Part shown: positions 11,676 to 24,310 of the stretch, piece by piece
How the letters are laid out: every line of letters begins with the position of its first letter
Position numbering within the stretch: the stretch's first letter is position 1
From: Chiloscyllium plagiosum
Taxonomy: Eukaryota
Direction of reading: 5' to 3'
Assembly (NCBI RefSeq): GCF_004010195.1
Contig: NW_025214587.1
Coordinates: 1 to 46,876 of the forward strand
DNA: 46,876 nt
The notes under the pieces: model-generated
Told to the model about the DNA's origin: nothing
Database searches by the model: none
The model's input: only the letters and a program-made list of their open reading frames with translations
Made by a program: the position numbers and the translations under genes

Positions 11676-12799
11676 CAAGTTTCTGTGTCTCAGATTTATA
11701 GAAAAATAAACGTTGATGTATATACTGTCAATGTCCAAACGGTATATCATTTATGTATCCATTGTAATTCCAGTAACTTTCCTTGGGTTTTAGATGAGTT
11801 ATTTTTACAAATTAAAGAAACGTATCTGACTTCTTCCTAACATTGAACCTGACCCAGTCTGAGACGGATATCAGTTACCAAATTACACACTTAATTACAC
11901 TGATAATTTCTCGTGACTTCTCGAGGAGTGGGACTATAAAAAGAAACAATGACTTTCTAACCTTAGTAGGAACAGGGATAAGGAGGAATTCTCAAAGTGG
12001 GAATTTTCTGCCCCATAGATTTGTAATACCTGTGTGTTTGCATTTATTCAAAGGTTTGTTATTTAAATATTTGAGGGGAAAGTGACTCAATGATAATGAA
12101 TTGCAGAAAGGAAAGTGGGCTGAGACTACAATCTGGTCAGCCATAATCTTAGTGCCTGGTGGCAGGGACCCACCCCTGTTCGTCAGTCCTACTTTTCCCC
12201 ATTCCATTCAACACCTCAATCTGCTACACAGGAACAGTTGAAGTTCACTTGCTCCTACTACCTGGTGCACAGAAATAGAGGAGACCATTCAGCCCCTGAA
12301 TACAGTCAAGCATGACTTGTTGTGGATTGGAAAACTTTCTTGGGAAAAGAGTGGGTGTTACTGTGAAACAGTCCCTTCCCTTCTCTTTACAGAAGTTCCC
12401 CAGTCTCCATTCATTAGTCATTTTGTTGACCTAGATTCACAGTGATTACAGCCCCCATTCTGTAACCAGATATTGCTCACATAATCCTCTGGTCTCTTTG
12501 ACTGCAACAATCCTTCACAGGACTTCCAGGAAAATAACAACGATGAAACATCCAATGACAGAATGCAAGAACATTAGAAGCAGGAGTAGGTCATTCAGAT
12601 TAGACAGCCTGCCTTTCCCTTCTATAGGATCATGGCTGATCTGCTCGAGGCCCCAACTCCCACAGTCCCTGACGTGTCAAACATCCATCTATCTCTGTAT
12701 TCCAACTATCTCAGTCATCTCTCTCCCCTACCTGTCTGAGATAGAGAGATCCCGACGGTCACTCCCCTCTGTGAGAAGGAAACATACGGCACACATACA

Positions 12800-13115
12800 G
12801 CGTGAACTTTTGACATCAGCAAAATATGCGAACACCACCACCTCAGTCCCGGGACAACTCTATGATAGATCCACAGCACAAGCATCTTCAATTGCTCCTC
12901 AATGTCTCCCCCCCCCCCCCCCACCACCACCATCATAAGCTCAGAAGTCGGAAAGATCAATGAAGACCACACAATGTTCAGAATAATGTGTCCTCCCTCA
13001 GCTCCTGTAGCAGTCTGTATCCGTGCGCAACAAGACCCGGGCAGCATTAAGGCTTGTGCTGTTAGAGTGCCGGTAACATTCATGTAACAGTACTGCTGGA
13101 CACTGTGCATTACCA
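12800..13115 (+). mobile_element. RT core fragment of a second CR1-group LINE family
   Basis: IISSEVGKINEDHTMF...QQDPGSIKACA...VTF (cf. SIIRSEVGMFADDCTMF...QQDLDNIQAWADKWQVTF); interrupted by a poly-C run. Confidence 0.7.
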
Positions 13116-13259
13116 CAATAAAAGAAGGAGCTTATTCAGCACCAAAGCCCACTTCACAGCAATGTGATGAACTCATTCAGCCCATCAACACTATTTGATA
13201 AGAATAGCGATAGCCCATTCATTACCTCCTGCCTATTACACAGGAAGTTAAGGAGCCCA

Positions 13260-13790
13260 GTCTAACACATTGAACTGTTAAACAGGAGCCAAGGATTGCC
13301 CAAACAGCCACCCAAGTCCCTTGTACAGAAATAGAAGGATGTTATCAACGCCCCAACATGACAAACCAATGAAGTAGAAACTGCACTGATAGACTGCTCC
13401 ATGGTGTTCCTTCTGGCTCCATTGCTAATGGTATGCAATTGATACATTAATGTGGTATTTTGACGGTGAAGAGGAGACAAATGTTTCATGTGAAGTCTCA
13501 ATGAGGCATCTTCCATCTCCGAGAAGGTAGAGTGGTGTTCTCTTTGGAAGGAAGTTGGGAATGGCTAACTCTTTCAGAAGTAAGGGATTGTAGCTGCTGA
13601 CAGTTTGTGAACAATGTGACGCTCAGTGCAGGGTCACACACCAACTGCACATTGAGGCAGTTAGAGTTCAGTAAAAGCCTGAAGCTCTCTCTCCCAATCA
13701 ACATGGGAGCTCCACAGAGCTACATAAACTACTAAGAAGCACGTGTCATGGGAAAAGTGCAATTTCTCTTGCCACCAATGCCTTTCACTG
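13260..13790 (-). pseudogene. PIF/Harbinger (HARBI1-like DDE) transposase remnant, catalytic/C-terminal part
   Basis: Minus strand in order: GFY..LNVQLVCD, LLGDG (cf. LLGDxGY), HLSPL (cf. LMTPL), GARRNTMEQSI (cf. HAATRNTIEQTIG); frameshifts and stops. Confidence 0.7.
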
Positions 13791-13984
13791 GAAATAATGT
13801 ATGTTTGTCCATGATATTCAAGTTCCAATGTAGTCAACTCTTATTCTCTCACCGTGCTACAAATTAACATCCAATTCCTTCACACTCTCCTCATGCTACC
13901 ATCATCCCAGTGATTATTCTGATAAAACTCCTTTCCATTGTCTCTGTGACAGGGAGGTCGTGGATTTATATAAGAAAGAATGTC

Positions 13985-14720
13985 TGTCCATAATAGCCCA
14001 AATACTGTCTCAACAATACTCCACAACTGTCTTTACTCCTAAACATGATTCATTTTGTAATGAAGGCTGGCATTTCATTTCCTGTCCTGATTAACGGATG
14101 CCCTGCATGAATTCTGCTCGTGACTTATGACCAAGGGCATTCCGGTCCTTTTTGCCAAAAGCACTTCCCAACCGCTCACCTTCTAATAAATCCAACATGA
14201 AAAAGATTGTATATATTGTTCACTTTCAAATCATTTCTCTGCATTACAAATAGCGGTGTTCCAAGCACTGATACAAGTGATACACAATCAGTCGTGGCAT
14301 TCTGTCCAAAGGAGGACGCTCGTCTCAGTGTTCTCTCCATTATCCAATTCTCAATCCATGTAGGATATCTCCCCCTTACCCAAGGTCTGTAATTTTCTTC
14401 ACTTACCTGTGTGCAACCGTGTCAACCTTCTTCTGACAATTTAAATGCACCATTCTCACTCGTCGATGTCACAACCAAACATCCTCCATAAAATACAGTT
14501 TTACTCTCCGGAATCTAGATTGACTCTGCTCAATTATATCATTGTTCTCCAATGATCTATTTATGAGTATTTACAAAAATTGCTCATAGTTTCCTCACAA
14601 CTGACATGAACTTATCCCCCAGTTGGTTTTCTATTTTCACCCTCCATCTTGTTGTAAGTATGTGTGGTCATAATACCTGCTTTCCAGTCTGAAGGATCCT
14701 TTACAGAATCTATAGAGTTT
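13985..14720 (-). mobile_element. Old CR1 ORF2 fragment
   Basis: Antisense pattern gtgacttatgaccaagggcattccggtcc..agcggtgttccaagcactgat..tgctcaattatatc typical of CR1 RT read on the opposite strand. Confidence 0.55.
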
Positions 14721-14949
14721 TGACCTCCCTCATAGAATTAAGAAAAAGGCAGGAGAGAAGGAGGCCACTGATCTATCGTGTCTGCACCAGCTCTGAAAAG
14801 AGTTATCCAGCGAGCTCAATTCTCCAACCCTACCTCTGTAGCCCTCTAAATCCATCACTCATCTGGTCCATCAGCTTACCAACCTACAACACAATATTTT
14901 TTCCAGTACCTCGACTTTACTAATTCTAAATTTCGTAACTCCCTCACTT

Positions 14950-15240
14950 TTGTCAGTCACCCTGTTCTCTAACATTTCCAAACAGAATTTCTGTTGCTCC
15001 TTCTGTTTGGACAGAACCAATGTATTCACCTCGCTGGACAGAGATGGCCTCTGTCACCTCGTGAATACATGAGAAGATGGGACTCTGGCATGATTGATAT
15101 GTCCCCCACCTCTGTCTGTCAAGTTCCAGAATCAAAATGGTTGATGGGCAATTTTGAGTACATCTTCTCCCTGAAGTGAGAATGCACAACTCTGTGACCT
15201 CTTCATTGTTGAAATAAACTAGCTTCATTCTTTGCACCTG
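14950..15240 (-). pseudogene. PIF/Harbinger transposase remnant, N-terminal HTH part
   Basis: ORF track 14953-15237: YFNNEEVTELC...(VGDI)..SCIHEVTEAISVQRGEYI (cf. RFTKEVVTELC...GD..ISQ..CIREVTDAL...YI.F). Confidence 0.65.
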
Positions 15241-15657
15241 GGAAAGTATGCTATTGGCAAATATTTGTCAATGCCCTGTGCAGTCACTGCAGACCCAGAT
15301 ACACTGTAAAATCTACCCCCATACCTTGCACAGAGTAAGAATACTAGGCCCTCTGGTCTCCCTGAATCAATGCAGCAGCTGACAACACAAATTCAAGAAA
15401 ACCATCCACAGAACCTCCACTGACTTTCCAATGTCAGAAGCAAATCAATGTTTGTATATATGGCAGACCCACTCAGTGTTGAAAATGCCTACCTCTCCTA
15501 TGTTTCTATTTCTGGCTGATAAACTGTTATATTTCTGTGCAGTCCCTGAAATATGAATAGTTCTGCTCTCCATGGAAAGCGTTGTCAATGAAACTGCACA
15601 ATTTCCTGCACCTCAGTCACGATAGCAGTAAAACTGCTATTGATGGTGGAGATACTG

Positions 15658-16170
15658 GGGAGGTGATGGTTTAGCGGTATTTTCTCTAGACTAAAAATTC
15701 TGAGATTTCCACAAATATTTCCCAATGGTATATCTTTCCCAGGTAATGACCCAAACCCAGACATTAATCCCGCCACAGCAGATGGTGGAATCTGAATTCA
15801 TTAAATATTTGGAATTAACAATTTAATGAAATATTGCTGGTTGTCAAAGCTAAGAACATCTGGCTCACTAGTATCATTCAGGGAAGGAAATTTGCTATCT
15901 TCACTGGTCTGGATTACATGTGATTCCAGACAATCAGCAGTGGTAGACTTTCAGATGCCCTTTGAAATGGTCAAGCCAGCCATTCAGTTATAACACTATA
16001 AGGTCTCAAAGAAGTGAAACCAGACAGACTGAAGCAATGTCGGCCTACAGCACATCGAAGTGCAGTGTTCAGAAAGGCAGTTCCCCAGCACCTTCCCAAA
16101 AAACAACTCGGAAAGAGAAGTAAATACTGGCCCAGACAACAACAGCCCTGTCCCATTAATGAAGAAAAGA
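15658..16170 (+). mobile_element. Second SINE family, near full-length decayed copy
   Basis: tRNA-like head tggtttagcggta...aatcccgccacagcagatggtggaatctgaattca, body catctggctcacta..gggaaggaaatttgc, LINE-like tail gttcagaaaggcagttcc..aatgaagaaaa. Confidence 0.7.
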
Positions 16171-16399
16171 AGATGACCAAACCCAGGATAGAGAGATAGG
16201 GACTTGGATATATACCTACATGGGCATGTTACTCAGGAATATGGGAAAAGGTGAAAAATAAATGAAAATGGTCTCACAATTTATTTCCATATCAACGGAT
16301 TACCCACAGTCCCTTTATTTATTTTTTCTATATCTCTACTTCTCCATATATTCAACTCACTCTACCAACGCATATTACACTATATCTCAGCTGTTGTCA

Positions 16400-16520
16400 C
16401 ATCTGATGCTTGGTGAGTTTTTCAAAATGCTGACTCTGCTTTTCTATCGACAGAGGCTGCCAAACCTGCTCCGTTTCTCCAGCACTCCTGTTCCCTTTTG
16501 CTTCAGAATCCCAGTATCTA
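16400..16520 (+). mobile_element. Penelope-like terminal repeat remnant
   Basis: tctgatg..gactctgc..acagaggctgccaaacctgct..tttctccagca..ttcaga..ccagtatct; similar to 33130-33258. Confidence 0.55.
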
Positions 16521-17701
16521 TTTTTGATTTAACCTTTTTTTTATTTTATGGAAAATTGTCCCGTCGAGTACACACAGGCCCCCTGTAGAGCATTGCACCC
16601 AGACCCACCTCATACCCCATTCCTGCATTTCCCATGGCTAACCCGCCCCCTACCATCTCCCAGCGTCTCCCATAGCTAACACACCTAGCTGCACATGATG
16701 GGTAATTTAGCATGGTCTATCTACTGAACCTGTGTGCACTGTGGGAAGAAACTGAACCTAACAGAGGTATATAAGAGAATGAGAGGCATGAGCCGAGTGA
16801 ACAGACAACAGCTGTTCCCCTTCGTCAAAGTGTTAAAAACAAGGAGGAAGACGTTTAAAATGAAAGACAAGACATTACGAGAGTATTTGCGGAATCTGTT
16901 TTGATCCCAGAGGATGGATTGTGCCTGGAATGCATTGCCTGTGATGGTGGATAAGAAAGGTAACTCCACGAACATTATAAAGCACTTGTATCAGCATTGG
17001 ACGGTGCAGAATCGATGGGCCTTGTCTTTATTGAATGATTTCATGTGGTGGCAGCCATGAAAGCTCTGATACATTCTGAAGCAGCAGCCACAGGGACTTG
17101 TTGGTTTGGTCCATCGAACTGTGCTCAGTAAATGGCGAGATTACAAACCAGCATCATCCCATGGAGTATCAGAATTTATTAAACCTAGGACAGTCCAGCC
17201 ATCTCTGAAAACATCCAGGATAATTCACATGCTCAGGGGCAGAATCGTTCAACGACAGCATCAACATTATTCCAGCTATTTGACACCATTATTTTAAGGA
17301 CACCAAAAACAAATAAACAGACTGCACATCATTATTATATAGACTTCTGTTGGAAGAGTGTTATTTCTCTGAAGACTAATAAATTCCTTCCCATATATTC
17401 ATATTGACAAATGATCTGTTATCCTGCGAGCTGTACATCACAGCATGGCGGCTTGTGTAACACTCCATCCACCAGCAGTAATATCTACTCCCAGTTAAAC
17501 CAGCACATGAGATGCACTGTTGGCACTCCCTTTCAACAGCCACTTGGATGGACCAACGTCAACCGGACTGGAACTTCTCAAGGACAATTAATGCTAGTCT
17601 AGCTCCATTAAAATGAATTGAAAAGACAATCAGATTTTCTAGAATTATTGAAAATTGTAGAGATTTTTATTGATCTGATGAGCTTGTCGCTGTCTTTGAA
17701 G

Positions 17702-18023
17702 TAGATTAGATTAGATTACTTACAGTGTGGAAACAGGCCCTTCGGCCCAACCAGTCCACACCGACCCGCCGAAGCGCACCCACCCATACCCCTACCCCTA
17801 CATTTACCCCTGCATCTAACACTACGGGCAATTTAGCATGGCCAATTCACCTAACCTGCACATTTTTGGATTGTGGGAGGAAACCGGAGCACCCGGAGGA
17901 AACCCACGCAGACACGGGGAGAATGTGCAAACTCCACACAGTCAGTCGCCTGAGGCGGGAACTGAACCCGGGTCTCTGGCGCTGTGAGGCAGCAGTGCTA
18001 ACCACTGTGCCACCGTGCCGCCC
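17702..18023 (-). mobile_element. HE1-type V-SINE, young near-intact copy
   Basis: Antisense GGGCGGCACGGTGGCACAGTGGTTAG head with A/B boxes, V-domain, CR1-like tail and (AATCT)n end. Confidence 0.93.
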
Positions 18024-18403
18024 ACGGTGTGATCTATTTCTGTGAAACCATTTTGTGCATATATTGGAAGAACAAAAAAGATCAGGTCATAGATACACGG
18101 TAATGCAGCATTTAAATGCAAAATGCCAGGGAATAGTAGGCTATAGATCTTCAGGTAATTAGGAATAATGTAGTTTAGTGTTTTCTGACTGGCCTAGATG
18201 TATTGGGTGAAAGGCCTGTTTGTATGCTGTAGGACTCTGAAGCAGAAGTGGATATTGGGGCACTGGAAAATGACGCTGGAGAGATAATAGTGTGGAATAC
18301 TAAGAGATGAGAAACTAAATAATTATTTCACATCAGATTTCATGGTGGAAGATATGAATAATATTCCAAAAATTCAAGAGAGTGAGGAGGCAAAGCTGAT
18401 TGT

Positions 18404-18692
18404 GGGCGGCACGGTGGCACAGTGGTTAGCACTGCTGCCTCACAGCGCCAGAGACCCGGGTTCAATTCCCGCCTCAGGCGACTGTGTGGAGTTTGCACGT
18501 TCTCCCCCTGTCTGCGTGGGTTTCCTCCGGGTGCTCCGGTTTCCTCCCACATCACAAAGATGTGCAGGTCAGGCGAAATTGCCCGTTGTGTTAGGTAAGG
18601 GGTAAATGTAGGGGTTGCGCTTCGGTGGGGCGGTATGGACTTGTTGGGCCGAAGGGCCTGTTTCCACACTGTATGTAATCTAATCTAATCTA
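18404..18692 (+). mobile_element. HE1-type V-SINE, young near-intact copy
   Basis: A box tggcacagtgg 18415-18425, B box ggttcaattcc 18459-18469, V-domain, tail gggccgaagggcctgtttccacactgta, (AATCT)n end. Confidence 0.93.
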
Positions 18693-19154
18693 GAAGTTGC
18701 ATGAAAAATTAAATGGATAAATAAGCTGGATGGAGTCATTAAGGGTGATCTTCCAGGAATCACGAGAATCAGGGAGGGTCCCAGAAGACGAGAAAATTGC
18801 GAACGTGTCACCCTGTTTTTTTAAGTAGATACTTTTTATTGAAAAAAGAACATTTTTGATTTTTTTTACAAAATTACAAAAATAGTAAAACTAGTGTATT
18901 CTGCTTTATAATATAATAACAACCCTAATATAGAACTTAAAAACAAACTACAATCTACTCTACAAACCACCAAAACATGAAATAGGATAGCCTGCATAAC
19001 TAACCATAAACAAAAGGAGAAAAGAAAACAATTAAGTAAATAAATAACTAGATACACATTTAAAATACATTTATATCAAGTATTAACAAAACCCGTATTT
19101 ATACTGGATTTCTCCTCCCGGGAGCCCCTGAACCATCCAGAACCATCCCCACGG

Positions 19155-22100
19155 CTAAGCAAAGGCCCTGAACAATGTGGCTGATATATCTGTATCAACG
19201 TAGTTCAAAAAGGGCTGCCATGTTCTATAAAATAATTCCGTTTTTTGGTGCACCATATTCGGAAGGAAGTCAAGGGGGATATATTCCATGACTATTCTGT
19301 ACGAATTTGAAAGTCCTGGGGGATCCTTCGGATACCCAATTCAATAAAATGTTTTTCCCAGAAGGGAAAGGTTAATGAATAATTTCCTGCCGCATACATC
19401 CAAAGAGGGGAAATTTGGGGAGCCAAAAAGGAGATACACTGGGTCTAACCCAATCTCCGCAGCCAAAATCTTTGCCAAGACATTCGCCACTCTGTTCCAA
19501 TACCTGCAGATCTTATGGCATGTCCACAGACAATGAGTGAGAGTACCAACTTCTATTTTGCATATAGGACACACTGGAGTGCTCCTGCCTTGAAATTTGT
19601 ATGTCATTCAGGTGCCATGTCAGCTTCTGAAATATCTTCATTTGGATAGCCTGAGTTCTATTATAGATAGAGATCTTTCTGTTGTTTTCCTAGACGTTCT
19701 CCCAATTCTCTAAGGAGATTTCCATCCCCAATTGTTGACTCTAAGTTTTATATTACCGTTCCATGTCCTTCGATACCTTATTAAATAGTTTATGGTAGAG
19801 AGTACTGACCACGAGAAAACCCATTGGCCGAATCAATCTCCTTTCCTTATGCGATTTATTAGAATTAATTATCCATGTGGTCTTCTTTTGTATAAAGTCA
19901 TATTTGAAAATATCACAAAAGATCTTCACTCGGCAGCCCAAACTTCTAATGCAGCTGTTCGAAGGACATCACGACCTCCCCATCAAAAAGATCTCCCAAA
20001 TAGGAGATACCTCTGGACTCCCAGGTTTTGAATACAGCATGTGAGCCCTGGCTGGAATCACAATGTTCCCACTGTAGAGGATAAAGGTGAGGTTTTTTGT
20101 AGGTTACCCTCATCCTGTCACATTATCCTTCAGGCTTTGATTGTATTTAATGCAATAGGATTTTTACAATAATCCGTAATAACTCTCAACTTGTCCATAA
20201 ATTGGAGATTGATATGGGGATATTTGCTTGGGAGGCCTCATTATGTAACCAGATTGATTGTGGGTCACAAGACACACAACCAGCTGCGAAGGATGATAGA
20301 GAGCTCAATTGGTCCCTCCTGAAATCCGGAAAATCCAGCCCACCCCTTACTAGTGGAAGCTGCAGCTTTTCTAATTTAAGAAGGGGCCGTCTATGAATAC
20401 AAATATAGGAGCCGAGCCAACCATAAAGGTTACACAGCGCCTGTCTCAAGCTTCAAGGGGAGCATTATCATAGGGTATGAACGGCCAGGTAGGATGTTCA
20501 TGTTGAACAAAGCTATTCTATCTTGCCAAGATATCGGGAGATCTTCCCATCGTTGTAGGTACTATCATATTTTCTCCAATAAATGTGTATTGGCTTTATA
20601 TAGCTGACCAAATGCCAGAGTATTAAAAATACCGAAGTAAAGAAAACCTCCCAGTGACCACCGAAAGGGGAAACGGGATTGATCTGGAAAATTGGATATA
20701 CTGGCAAGACCTCCCAGCGACATGGCCTCCGATTTCACAGATTGATTTTATAACCTGAGAACATGCCAAATAAGTTAACCGTTGATTTCAATGGATCATT
20801 TAATAAAACGAGGACATCAACTGCAGAGAGAGCAATTTTGTACTTACCTGATCCAACCTCTGGAGCCATTATATTAGGGTCAGCTCATATAGCTTCCACC
20901 AACGGCTCAATCACTAGCATAAATAATAATGACGAGAGAGGGCATTCCTGACAACAACCTCTGCCAACGCTAAAGCTATCTCAACTTAAACTGTTGGTGA
21001 TCACCTCTGCTTTGGGATCATTATATAATAGTAAAACCCATTTAGTAAAGACCTCTCCAACACCAAACCGTTCCAGCATATAAACGAGATATGGCCATTC
21101 TGACCGATCGAATGCCTTCTCTGCCCACAGGGAGACAAATAATTCCAGTATCACTCCCTGCTGGCAGGCTTGTACCATATTTAAGACTCTTCTAATGTTA
21201 TTAGTTGATCTGCGACCCTTTATAAACCCCATTTGGTCTTCTATAATAATGAAAGGTAAAACCCTCTCCAGTCTTAATGTCAACATTTTTGAGATACTTT
21301 TAAAATCCACATTCAACAAGGATATAGGTCTATAGGAAGAACAGTCACCTGGGGCCTTTCCCTTCTTAAGAATGAGAGAAACATTTGCTTCTCTCAGAAA
21401 AGGCGGGAGGCCGCCCTGACTATGTGAATAATTAAACATATTTATAAGTAGCCCGACCAATTCCCCAATCATGTCTTTAAGTAACTCAGCCTGGAATCCA
21501 TCTGGCCCAGGCGTTTTGCCACTCTGGAGTTGCCTTCACCTCCTCCTGTACATCCTGGTTTGCCAGGGGGCATTAAAGAACAACATCTGTTCCGAGGTTA
21601 GGCCCGGGAGGGCCAGGTTTTTTTAAATGTCTTCCTCATTCTATCCTTACAGCCCTGTGACCTATACAATTCGAAATAGAACTTTCTAAAGGCTTCATTG
21701 ATCTTTTTACGATCACAAGTCAGGTACCAGCACTCTTTCTAAAGACGTAATGGCTTGGGGAGCCTTTTTCTTTCTGTCAAGGTATACTAGATAACTGCCA
21801 GGCTTGTCACCATACTCAAATAATCTCTGCTTCCCAATTAATAGCTGCCTCTTTGCTGTTTGAGTAAGTTTGGGATTCAAAGTTGCCCTAAGGGCTGTGA
21901 TCCCCTGTAGTTTAGTAACGGAGGGTCTATCAACATACACTGTCTCAGCCGCCTTCAGGCGAGCCCCGAGCAGACACTATTGTTCTCCCTTTTGTCTTTT
22001 CTGGGTCGCAGAACATGAGATGACTAAGCCTCACGCATATGGCTTAGCAGTCTTCCACATCACCGAAGGGTTACTGGCCGTGCCTGAGTTGATATCCCAG

Positions 22101-22925
22101 AAGGTTTTAATTTCCTGCGAGAAATATTTTGTGAACTTACTATCCTTCAATAGGAAAGTGTCCATACGCCAATGTCGGGAAGCTATCTCGTCATCGCTGG
22201 TCTTAACCTCCATATTTACTGCGGCATGGTCGAAAATAGTTATATTACCTACTTTGCAAAACAACATTGGGTTCAAACAGATCGAGTGGTCCGAAACATG
22301 TCGCTTCTGGTATGTCACTTTTGTGGGTTAGAATAAAATGTAAATCTCTACCCTCCGGGTGAAGACACCTCCACACATCCACCAGCCTCAACTCTCTACT
22401 CAGATCCGCCAACTGCCTAGATCCCTTAGATATGGCCACAGAGCACATATGTTTTCTGTCCACCCCGGGTCGATGATACAATTACAATCTCCCCCTATAA
22501 TTGTGTGGTGCACCCCGAGAGCCATCAACTTGGAGAACGCTTCCATCACAAATTTAAAAGGGTGCACCAGGGGACAATATAGATTCAAAATCTCATATCC
22601 CTCTCCATACATTAGGGCTTTAATTAATATATATTGTCCAGACTAATCTTTTATCTGGCTTAGCATTTGGAAGGGAAGATTCTTCCCAGTAAGATTGGCA
22701 ACTCCCCTACTTTCTTTGCTGAAAGATGAAAAGAATACCTGACCAAATCCACCCTGTTGCAGCTTCCAATGCTCCTTGTCAAGTAGATGTGTCTCCTGTA
22801 AAAGGGCTACACCCACCCTTACATTTTTAAAGACTTGATAATATATTTTTCCTTTTGTTTGGTGAGTGGCTCCCCTTGTGCACCACCATTCCAGGTGCAC
22901 CACCTAAACGAATGACGATTCAAGC
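19155..22925 (-). pseudogene. L1 ORF2p (APE endonuclease, RT, C-terminal CCHC), disrupted
   Basis: WCTWN, VALLQETHL, IIGGDCNC, DVWRCLHP, FDHAAV (EN); YRPISLLNVDFK, DQMGFIKGR, AEKAFDR (RT); CPICKIEVGTLTHCLWTC. Confidence 0.9.
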
Positions 22926-22951
22926 AAACCAGAGACCCCCGCCCCCCCCCC

Positions 22952-23130
22952 NNNNNNNNNNNNNNNNNNNNNNNNNNNNNNNNNNNNNNNNNNNNNNNNN
23001 NNNNNNNNNNNNNNNNNNNNNNNNNNNNNNNNNNNNNNNNNNNNNNNNNNNNNNNNNNNNNNNNNNNNNNNNNNNNNNNNNNNNNNNNNNNNNNNNNNNN
23101 NNNNNNNNNNNNNNNNNNNNNNNNNNNNNN
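22952..23130. other. Assembly gap / N run (179 nt) in the L1 inter-ORF spacer
   Basis: Run of N after a poly-C tract. Confidence 1.
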
Positions 23131-23331
23131 CACTCAGAAACGTCCCCCAATAATCAAATAAACTGCACGAGCTATAGATAAGAGTCCATAGAAAGGATAA
23201 GGAATTAGCACTCCCCCTCCCCCACCACCACGGAAAGATAGAGAAGAGAAAAAAGGAAGAAAGCAGGAGGGAAAAAAAAAGAAAAGAGGGGCAAAATAAA
23301 GTCATTATCCATACAGTTCAAATCCTGCAGT

Positions 23332-24144
23332 CTAGTTGAGAGCATCCAGGCATTATTTTACTTTTCTATGTGATCTGAAGTCATATACAGATCCTCCATG
23401 ACTGCAGCATAGCGTTGCCGGATATTGAATATTTAAATCCCTCAGACGCTTCTTGGCCTCATCACATTCCTTCCTCTTGCGGACCACAGGCAGAGAACAA
23501 CATTATCCTGGAGCCCCTGTATATCATGGCATGGGGATCCTTCCACAACACACTGGTGGACTCTAGCAGCATCTGTTTTTCCCTCTAATGTTGAGTTGAA
23601 CAGGGACCTGGCGGCGGCGCTGGTCCTACTCGAGGCGGCGCACAGCAACCCGACGGGCCTGCTCAACCTGCACCCGGCCCAGCTCTGACTCCAGTTTATG
23701 CAGCTGTGGGAGCCATTACTCCAGGAAATCAACAAGCTGTCCTTCCTCCTCCTGTTCGGGAAGGCTGATGAACTCGATTTTCGAGGTTATCAATATGTCC
23801 CTCTAAGGTCGGGACACGATGTTCCAGTGCCCAGACCCGACCCATGAATGGTGACCCATGGTGTCGGAGGCCGCGGCCCGTTGCTCCGCCCCACACCTAC
23901 GTGCTGCCCGAGTTTCTCGATCTCTCTGCCATGTTTCTGCAGCATGACCGAGATTGATTCCCACCTGGACAGCGTCTTTTCAATGGACTCATCAATCTTC
24001 TCTCGGAGTTTAAGAAACTCCGAGATTAGGCTCTCCCCAGCAGGCCAGGCCCCCGGGGCGGCTGCAGACCTCTCTGTTGCGAAGGGGTATTGGGGGAAAA
24101 GTCCCTGCTTGTTGTGAACTGCGGGAGCCTTTACCTCTGGTCAT
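23332..24144 (-). pseudogene. L1 ORF1p (coiled coil plus RRM-type), disrupted
   Basis: ATG 24144 MTRGKGSRSSQQ; coiled-coil-like ISEFLKLREKIDESIEK..MLQKHGREIEKL; LPEQEEEGQLVDFLE.WLPQL...VQVEQARRV (cf. GLPE...IERAHR); ends LDALN*. Confidence 0.8.
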
Positions 24145-24297
24145 TTAAAAAAAAGCATCAGACTGCTAAAGTTTGATGTAGAATGGTCAAGGATGCTGGC
24201 AAAAAATATTTTAGCAATTTAGCAGGTAAGGTGAGGGTGGGTACCCCACTTTGCCTGAGTCTTGGGTAGAGCTCTGCAGAATCAGATCTACTGGGTC

Positions 24298-24310
24298 GCC
24301 GCCATCTTGG
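24298..24310 (-). promoter_or_regulatory. YY1-consensus site (CCAAGATGGCGGC) ~10 nt inside the L1 5' end
   Basis: Plus strand gccgccatcttgg; position equivalent to the YY1 site in mammalian L1 5'UTRs. Confidence 0.65.

Noticed and set aside
12372..12470. Coding exon after strong acceptor cccttcccttctctttacAG
   Set aside because: Stops in all three frames within ~55 nt and no convincing donor
18404..18480. tRNA gene
   Set aside because: A/B boxes belong to the tRNA-derived SINE head and continue into V-domain and LINE-like tail
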